Origin: Lytechinus pictus
Taxonomy: Eukaryota
Reading direction: 5' to 3'
NCBI RefSeq assembly: GCF_037042905.1
Contig: NC_087245.1
Span: 41,790,001-41,854,000, forward strand
Length of the DNA: 64,000 nt
In this document: in pieces, positions 54,716-64,000 of the stretch
Layout of the letters: each line of letters begins with the position of its first letter
Position numbering within the stretch: position 1 is the first letter of the stretch
Translations under genes and position numbers: made by a program
Notes under the pieces: model-generated
Seen by the model: only the letters and a program-made list of their open reading frames with translations
Database searches by the model: none
Told to the model about the DNA's origin: nothing

Positions 54716-57504
54716 ATCATCAGAGTAAACACGTAGTTTTTTTTTGTAAAATGTTATTTACAATGTGATCTTTATAGTAGTTATTTAAGAGTTTAAGCAC
54801 TTGCTTAAAATCTTAATCAACGACTTCTAATTTTCAATATTTGTTCTTCAATAAATTAAGCACACGGCTGTTCAAATGGATAAATAATTATGGTTAAGTT
54901 CGTAAAATCGTTGAATAAATCATTTAACAGCGTTTTTGCTATGCACGATTAGGCCTTTATTCATAACAATGAGAAGAAATAGATAGATATGAAATTGTGA
55001 TAATGAGAATTTTGTTAAGGTCATGATAAATGAAAAAAAAGTATAATGCAAATTTTAAAATGGCAATCATGCTTTGTTTAGGCCAGAGAAACCATGGAAA
55101 CAGGGACAGTGAAATCAATTTAGATTTTCCTTTATTCGCGCAAACCTTAATTTCTATCTCAATTTTCATCTCTCAATATTTATGAATAAACAAAAAAAGT
55201 TGTTTTAACTAAAAGCATATTTTGGTTAAACTGAATGATATTATGTCCACTCGCTACCTTTGTCACAGCACGACCTACCCGAAGCTATTTGCTGAAATTA
55301 TGAGCAGGCCAACCGATAATGACTACTCGTGCCTGTGTTTTTCAATTGGTAATCATACTGCTTCAAATAGATTGTCAATCTAAATATGCCATTCAAAGTG
55401 TTAGCTATAGTAGTATGTAATTGAGAATGGTCATTAACAGAGCGCCCATGCAAAAAGCACTCTTCGTAAGGAAAGCCATGTCGTCAGAATGGATGCTACG
55501 CTATATACATATACCTGTTGCTGATGGGATGGGATAATCTAATGCATTTAACATAACTGAAACCATATTCGGGCACACGCATACGCTTTCGTTTAAAAGC
55601 CTCCAGCAAACGTCTTGCCGAGACGAAGCTTCCCATTAACCAGGTCCATCGAAGTAACCTTTGACCTCCTAGTTGTCAACCGATTCAACAAATGAAATAA
55701 AGAATTAAAGCGAGTAAGGTCAGTGTAGTGATTGAGTCAAATGCAATTTTCATCAGCCTTCCATTATTAACGAAACGACGTTTGGAAGGTTACGTGAGGG
55801 AGACACAGATTGTAAAAGAGAGCTTGTGTGGCGTTCATTTTGTATGCTCTTTGCGCAACTACAAGGGAGCGGAGTGGGTGTGCGGGTGTGAGTGTGTGTG
55901 TGTGTGTGTCCCTCTCTAATAAAAGCGTACTTGGTGAAATCGCAATGTTTACATTTTGCCCACTGACTGCTATGAACGTGTGAGGTTGGGGGAATTACTT
56001 TCTCTCGCTCCGCTCTCATGTTTTCTTATTAACAATTACATTCTAAATCATCTGATGTCTACGCGCCCACTCTTTATCATATCGTATTTCTCTGATGGCA
56101 GTTAATATTCAAAATGATGAGGAATGATCATGATGATCATGGGGGTGACGGTCTTACACCTCCGAACTGGAAAGCATGTTAAGGGGTAAACTGCCCCTTT
56201 AAAAACAGGGCAACAATTACAACATTATATTATGAATTAAAAAGGACAAAATATCTGCTCGCTCGCTTCACTCGCTCAAATTTACCCGGCCCACAGTATG
56301 TCTTACCCACTGTAGCACATTACACCACTGGAAAACGATGACGATGAAATAAAAATAAAGGCGAGGAAGGGGGCAACACGGATGATAGTGACTGTGTAAT
56401 AGTTATATAAGTATAATTATAATTATCTTCCTCATGAATGCAAAGGCGGACAATATATGCATACAGTAAACCGATTCCCACTCCTTCTCAAACATAAATA
56501 TGGATACTAGTACTACTATTCAATGGTTTGTCTTAAAATTGAGCGGAGCCTAAATCTAATAAGGTATGCTTTTATTATGACTAGAACGACTGCTATCTCT
56601 TGATTTTTCTTTGATGTAATGTTCGCGTAGGCGTCTGCTAAAATCTCCGATTTAAGAAGCATTATAGCTGAGAGCTGGATATAACTTTTCAATATTCATT
56701 GAATTCGGAACAGCCACTGCGCAACCATCAAAACCAGATATCTGGGAATACACAAAATGACGTGATACACTTCTGTGCAGGTGTACCAAGTGGTAAGGAA
56801 TAATTAAAACCTACATAGTTTTAACTAAACCATTATAATTTTGACATTCCTTGCTTGCTAAGCATGAAGTGTTTTTTTTTATTTGGTTTATGCTCATTAT
56901 CTTAAACCCGAATCATTTGATGGTGGCACATGACTAATGCCAAGGGTATTTAGGTTCAAATTAGAAGCTTACAGTATGCAAATTTGGTGAATGAATGCAA
57001 AGAACCATGTCACGTGATGCAAAAGATCAGCATCTCCTATTTTTTTTCATATGAATTTACTTTAAAAAGTAAATGTTTATATTGGTTTACAAGACAAATC
57101 ATATTAATTTCGGATCGATGTGTAAATCCATTTTCAAACTATTTTTTTCACGGCGATCTATTCTTGAAAATTAACACAGTGTCATAAGTGCATGAGTTAC
57201 GTTAGAGTAGGAATTATGACATTATGAAAATAGTTCTTACCATGGCTTTTATAAACACGATGATATTCCTTTTAAGAGTTACATGAATGAGTCAACTAGC
57301 CTGCCATTAAATCCCTGCATATTTTAGATATGTTGACATGTAATTGCGAGATGATAAATTCCAGTGTGTTCTCAATTAAGTATGATGATTTTGAAGAATA
57401 TATGTATATCGCTTCCATTTGATTCTAAAAATATTATAAATCACGAGTGACAAGGAAAACAGGTATTTCCTTCCTAATGCGATATGCGCTTTACATTAAT
57501 CGAG

Positions 57505-57563
57505 TATTATTATTGTTATTATTATCATTATTATTATTATCATTATCATTATTATTATTAATA

Positions 57564-57607
<44 letters not shown>

Positions 57608-57610
57608 ACA
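57505..57610. repeat. Compound microsatellite (TAT)n(TAC)n(TGC)n
   Basis: Direct observation. Confidence 0.9.
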
Positions 57611-59639
57611 TTTACCATTATCCCTAATAAAGGGGATACAATTTTGCGACAGTGTGATGTTCTCGACGACGGATGAGGAATTTGTACTATCATTTGTTTA
57701 TCAAATTATCATCATTGAATTTGAAATGCCTCTCGATCAGTTTTCCTTTTGCCAAAATAATGAAACGTATCTAAATATAGGCCTATGTATCACTTATTAA
57801 TGATAGGTAGGTTGTCTTTAATCATGTTAATCAAAAGGAAGCGTTGTGACTGTTTTCTGTTGCTCTAATTGAAACAGAAAGAAGATGATGCATGGAGATA
57901 TAGAGAGTGACGTGAAAACCCCCATGAGATGAGACCAGTAGCCTATCCCCTTGGTAGACAGGTCAAATACATACGTCACAACAGAAAGGGTGGCTTTGTA
58001 TTTCGAAATCATTAACCGGACAGGACACTGGGATTTCACCGGGGTTAATTTCGAGATGTCAGCGCCAATTTCGTGTGGAATGCGCAAGAAGCAACGCAAG
58101 GGGGTCATCGTAACTCTTTGTATGCAGTGGGGGCAGTCCAGGGTGACCTCGGCATGAAGAGACTGCTACCCACAAAAATGATGTTCCAAGGCATATCGCC
58201 ATTATTAGAAAATACTTTCGGATTTTAACCGTCACTTAAGTCCATACCCGCCACGAATTTCTAATCGTATATTTAAACCGGATGGGTATTTATTGTTGTT
58301 GGTATCTTCGATCATACTTAGATATGTTGGAACGATCCTGATTATAATGGTAATGGTGGCGACGATGATGATTTGATGTTGTAGTAAACAAGAGCTTCTT
58401 CCTGAGAACACTTTGAGTAAATGGATTTTGTCTTCTACGTAAACTCTAATTTTCCAAATCAAGAATTGATACTGATTGATTTTCTTTTTTTCTCAAAATA
58501 TGTTATTACTTATTGCTTAAATGAATTACAAAATGCATGGGATATTTTTTGTAGAGCATAATGTTATGTCAATGTGCAATCAACGTATGAGAGATCTTTG
58601 CAATGTAAATAACAATAATAATAATGATAATGTGCAACATTTATATAGCACTTAATACAATAAATAAATGTTGCATGTTATTATTGTTATCATTATTAAT
58701 AATGAAGAGAATATAACATTTTCATTTCTCCAAATATTCCATTTAAAGAAAATCACCTTCTGGGTTGTTTTGAATAAAGTGTATTTAAACATCGTCCAAA
58801 ATTGTTATTGGCGAAACAAAGTATATTGATATCTACTTTAGATGTTGATATGTAAACCCTTCGCAATATAATGATGTTTTCCTTCCCATTAATCGTCTGA
58901 CGTAATTCGATTGAAAATCATTGTATCAATCATATGTAAACAGAGGTATTATTACACAGAAAGTCTTCAAAACAATTTCGATACTGCAAATGTATTTCGT
59001 GTGCTCTTTGTTGCCAGCGAAACCCTCATGCTTTCCAATGATGTGGGCACTGATTCTCTTACAGACTTTTAATAGAAAATTTATCTTCGAAGACACCACA
59101 GAAAAGAACTGTTAGTATTCTTAAATAAGATTGTTTAATAGAATAATAATTTCAATAATGAAATAACCACAATACACTACACGGAAAATGACAAAATTTT
59201 GACGTTTTACGTATTTTTCATACACCGAGCGAGTGTCCCGTTTTACATAGAGGCGTTTTTCTTAGCTCCTGGACTATATCGATTTTCTTTCAAAAATGTC
59301 GAAATGATGAAGAACTTAACCCAGTTGCTAACGAAAAGCAAACAGTGGGTCTATTTGCCGTTCGACGTGATATGACATGGGTTGTTTCGAACCATATGTT
59401 ACTCCTTAATCATGAATGTATGACATATTTCTCCAATGCTAACAAAAAATGTTATTGCCGGATTTTACCTTGTGAGAGTGTGACCAATGTGTAGGATATG
59501 TCACGTGTGTGAAATGTATATTACAAATAAAGCGTGGTAATTTGCTTCATGTGTGAACTTAAAAACAGGCATGTGTCTCTTTTTCTTTGGGGGTAATTTG
59601 GGTTAGGGTTTGATACAGGTTATTAAATCAATCAAAGGA

Positions 59640-59990
59640 ATAAATTTATCCGACAAATAATAAGTGGTTCATGTTTCTTCAACAATACCACAAGGATTAC
59701 AAACCAACTGCTGTGCGAAACCTGTCTATGGGATTCGACCCCACGACCTCTGGATTACGAGACCACTGTCATAACCACTAGATCACTGGAGTACCCTTAG
59801 TGATCTGCGTGCAAGCTATCCCATACATTCAATATCAAATCAAATGAATAATTCCAGAGATCTTGGGTTCGAATCTCACCCGGTCTGCCTTTGATATTTG
59901 TTTTCATAGGCAGGCTTCACACAGCAGTTGTGCTACCATTGTGGTATTGATGGTGAAACACGAATAACTTTTTATTTAGGTTATAAGTTT
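59640..59990. mobile_element. Head-to-head inverted pair of tRNA-like elements
   Basis: The left half on the minus strand reads ccagtgatctagtgg...tccagaggtcgtggggtcgaatcccatagacaggtttcgcacagcagttg...tgtggtattg. The right half on the plus strand reads tagtgatct...tccagagatcttgggttcgaatc...cataggcaggcttcacacagcagttg...tgtggtattg. Confidence 0.7.
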
Positions 59991-61331
59991 AGTAGATGGG
60001 TTTGTTTGAGTAGATATTGTAAAATGTTTTGATAATGGTATAAGGTTAGAATATGTGTTTAAATGTTGTGTAATACCACGGTTAATCCGGCGAAACCAAC
60101 TCCAGACCTGACGAAAAAAAAATGATAATACGTTATTTCTAAACGCACACCTACGAGCTGTTTGGAGTCTTTCACGTTGGTTTGAATGAGGTATGATATG
60201 AAGATGAGTTATCTTACACTACTTAACTAAAATCCTTGAAACGCACGGAAAAGTTGAAAAAACCCTGATCATTGTAGTATAAGAACTGCAATCTCTTTCT
60301 TCACTTCTTTCTTTTCTAAAGGAGGTTAACAGAAGACTACAAATGAAGCCCTTTATATACAATTGGTTTTCTTTTTTTTTTCACATTTATGACTTTTATA
60401 ATGTCACTGGAAACATTAGACTGTACACTTCGTTCTGTTTTAAAGATTGCATTGTACCCCTTTTAAAATGAATCTAGAATGCAAGGGCTAATTTGTATAT
60501 AAAGAAATAGTCACAGACATGATAAAAGACATATTCAAGCCCAATAGTGATTGTAATGGAAGTAGTAATGGCAAATAAGATTTACTTGTACGCCATGTTC
60601 ACTTCATAGCATTCATATTGATTTTAACAACACGCTTTATTCATTTGCATACCTTTCTCGCAACGGTTAATTATCAGTGGTGGGGGCACAATGGTAATCA
60701 AATTGATAGATCGCTAAAACAGCAGCCGGCTACAATTAAACGTTCGTTGCTGCCTGCTACACACGAATACAGTACCTTGGCTACTGCAGCACTCGCCGTT
60801 TGCGGTACAGCAATGCAGTCGGTGCAGTATGTATGTGTAATAACCTCAAATGCCTTCTTTCTCACCGATGCTTATGTAAGATCTCGCAGCATATTGCTCT
60901 ATTTAACATGTTTAAGCAGGTTTTCAAAATAGTTGTAAAAGAGTAGAGTAAGATTGTATATACTCGAAAGGTTTATCATGATAAATCAACATTTTAATGC
61001 AATAATTGACATATCAACAACTCGAAGGGGACCCCCTTCTTCAGATTTTTAGATGGCTCTCGCCTAGAATGCTGCGTCACACTAGTCACTGATTATGTCA
61101 TATTTAAACGTATTTATTCTAGATTTGTAACGCCTCTGCATTCGAGCCCCGGGTGATTTGGGCGCTCATTTCAAATGTCAATACATCTTGAGATGAATTT
61201 GTGTGGAGTTGTATGAGTGAAGATGTTTTCTGTATGATTTTGTTTAGCCTTGTCCGTCTTAGACACTTAAATATCTTTTATCATCATTACGGCTTCTTTT
61301 TATACATAATGAAGTGAAATTGTTGGAGTCA

Positions 61332-61709
<378 letters not shown>

Positions 61710-61899
61710 TCAAAATGATAAAGCTCTCCTTCTTGGTATATTCCTTCAAAGGTCGGACATAATCCACATTAGTTACTCCAGGCGGTAAGATCCATATGTG
61801 GAAATCCAAATGGCGGTTACATGCAGATAAATAAATTCCATGCCCGTTACGGTATTGTAGCCTGATATAAAGATCCAGATCTATGGTTAATGACTGCAT

Positions 61900-62300
61900 G
61901 TGTAGAGGAACATGCTCGTGTCGTCTGTATTATCGTCTGCTAGGATATGAGCTCAGACGTTAACACAAAAACGCACGCAGAAAGATTTGTGTGCCCGTGT
62001 TAGCTTAACGGGGGCCACAGCGAAAGTAGGTTTCCGTTCATATCGTCGCCTTGCGTACGGCACGAACGCCCTTCCATGCACACACTCGCTCACCCACATA
62101 CAAATTAACCCTCGCGCACGCTCCCCGACACGTTGGAGCATCTCCGTACAAAATACACACTGATCAAACTTCACCGCGGGCGTGCTGACGCTAAATTGTA
62201 GCTATAGGTCACTCACACGTACCAGTCAACTTTCACGCCCAGCGCATGCGTCGTTCCATTCTTACAATTGCGAGAAAGTAACGATCTCTGAGGACCAGTT
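61900..62300 (-). promoter_or_regulatory. Probable promoter/5' UTR region of the TASK gene
   Basis: Locally CpG/GC-enriched, non-repetitive stretch just upstream of the start codon. The TSS cannot be determined from sequence. Confidence 0.35.
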
Positions 62301-64000
62301 TTTATTTGTCATGCAAATTATATCTGTCCGTGAAGATGCAACAGTAGCCGGGTTCAATATTTCATTACATTTCGCATCAACATCATTGCTCGCTTCACGC
62401 CTATCATTGTTGAAGATTTAAGTTAACAGGCAGGAATAATTTTGTAAATCTTACATCTCATTCGAACCCTTAAAATGTAATTTTTAACAAAACACTTTAT
62501 TTTGAAATTTTGAAATTCTTATTTCCTTTGAAAAAGATAATCTTTGTCAACCCCTTCCTCTTTTTCCCCCTCTATCCACCTCCATTTCTCCGCTTTTTTG
62601 CCTCTTTTGACTAAATTCAAAATTGAATTTTACATGAAATCATTAGCAATTGGGTTATGTAAGTCTCGTCTATAGATGGGGGAATAAAAAAGGGCCTAAA
62701 CTGCTTACACAATATTCATATCATTGCATTTACATCATGTACTCATCAATTTTTTTCCCCTTCCCCACCCTAATCCCTGATTCTCTTTTCCTCTGTATCA
62801 ATCCTATCTATCTCTTTCTCTATTTCTCCCTACCTTTACGCTTCCCTTATTACATTGTTAGGCGTATCCCAAATATTGATTTTGCTGATTACATCGAACA
62901 ATTGTACAAGTACAGACGTAACGAATCTTCAAAGTAACAATGCTCGCCTAGATGTGTATCACTTACCTTCATCTTGGCATCTCCATGTCTGTTCTTTTGA
63001 TAAACCCCGTTGATCATCTTCAAAATAAAGACAAACCGCAGACGACTTGGTAAGTAAGACGAGTGACCTCGAATGCAATATGCAGTTCTGCTCCATGCAA
63101 TGCTTTCGTAATGTGTGATGGTATCTTACATCATGGCGGTAATGTAAGATTTACACCGATGCAGGGGATTTCTTATAAAATATATAGTATTGATCTCTTT
63201 ATCGAACAACGATGAAAGGACTTCATGTTGTGATATGTCTGACTTGATATACTGTGACACATTATAATCATTACTGATAAGCCTATTCACACGTACACAC
63301 GAAATCAATGATGTTTGATATCTGGTGACGAATCGCTTAACACACCCACACACACCACAATCACAATTGGTTTAGTAAAATGCCGTGGAAATAAAATCGT
63401 TATTCTAAAGAATGAACGGTAAAGTCACACTCTCCGTCAGTACCCATGATGTGACAAAACAAGAGAATTAAAAATCCGTTTCTGAAACAGAGGAATATCT
63501 CCCCCTCTCTCTCTCTCTCCCTCTAACAGATTCAAGAAAATATGTGTGATTTACTGCAAACTACGTATATTACATACATCCCGACGAGTACAGAAGGCCC
63601 AATCTGATTCCTTGTAAATAAAGTGTGTATAAGGTAATCTAATCATCAACTGCAGGAGTAACTTGAGATTAAAGATGTTTGACCTCTAAACAGTTTTGAA
63701 GACAGTACCCTTCCCCAATCTATTGAATGACCGACAAATCTTTTTTGCAGGACTTTGACTCGGAAAAACAAATGCAAGACAACCATAATATATGTTCATC
63801 TGATATGATTTAATAATCCTACAGATTTAAATTCACTCTAATTATCAACCTCCTTATAAGTTGCATTATATACATTTTACAAGAACCGAAAAGAAAAGGA
63901 AATCGTACAGACCATAAATCCATGTCCTGTGACACTATTAATTGATTGATTTCATTGATTTCATTTATTCTTTTACATTCCAAAATTTAACAAAAGTTAC

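Noticed and set aside
54160..57800. His-, Met-, Leu- or Ala-rich ORFs (also 10390-10656 and 34451-34675)
   Set aside because: Translations of trinucleotide microsatellites.

Overview
This is eukaryotic, AT-rich, repeat-dense genomic DNA. The repeat families suggest a deuterostome invertebrate, probably a sea urchin (inference). The only well-supported protein-coding gene is a minus-strand TASK-subfamily two-pore-domain K+ channel (KCNK3/KCNK9-like, 370 aa). It has two coding exons (61688-61406 and 24310-23481) separated by one 37,095-bp GT-AG intron that splits the Gly codon of the first GYG filter. The rest of the window is non-autonomous DNA transposons/MITEs (hAT-like with 8-bp TSDs, Tc1/mariner-like with TA TSD, CAC..GTG-ended, Harbinger-like, TTAA-flanked), tRNA-derived SINEs, nested insertions, microsatellites and tandem repeats. 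Most listed ORFs are spurious. There is no CRISPR array or prokaryotic system, and I cannot claim a new biological system. The best leads are: a diverged 9-copy ~167-bp array at 15.1-16.5 kb; Gly-to-Ala changes in the channel's M4 helix; a perfect 23-bp intronic hairpin; a head-to-head pair of tRNA-like elements; and RFX X-box/CRE motifs downstream of the gene.
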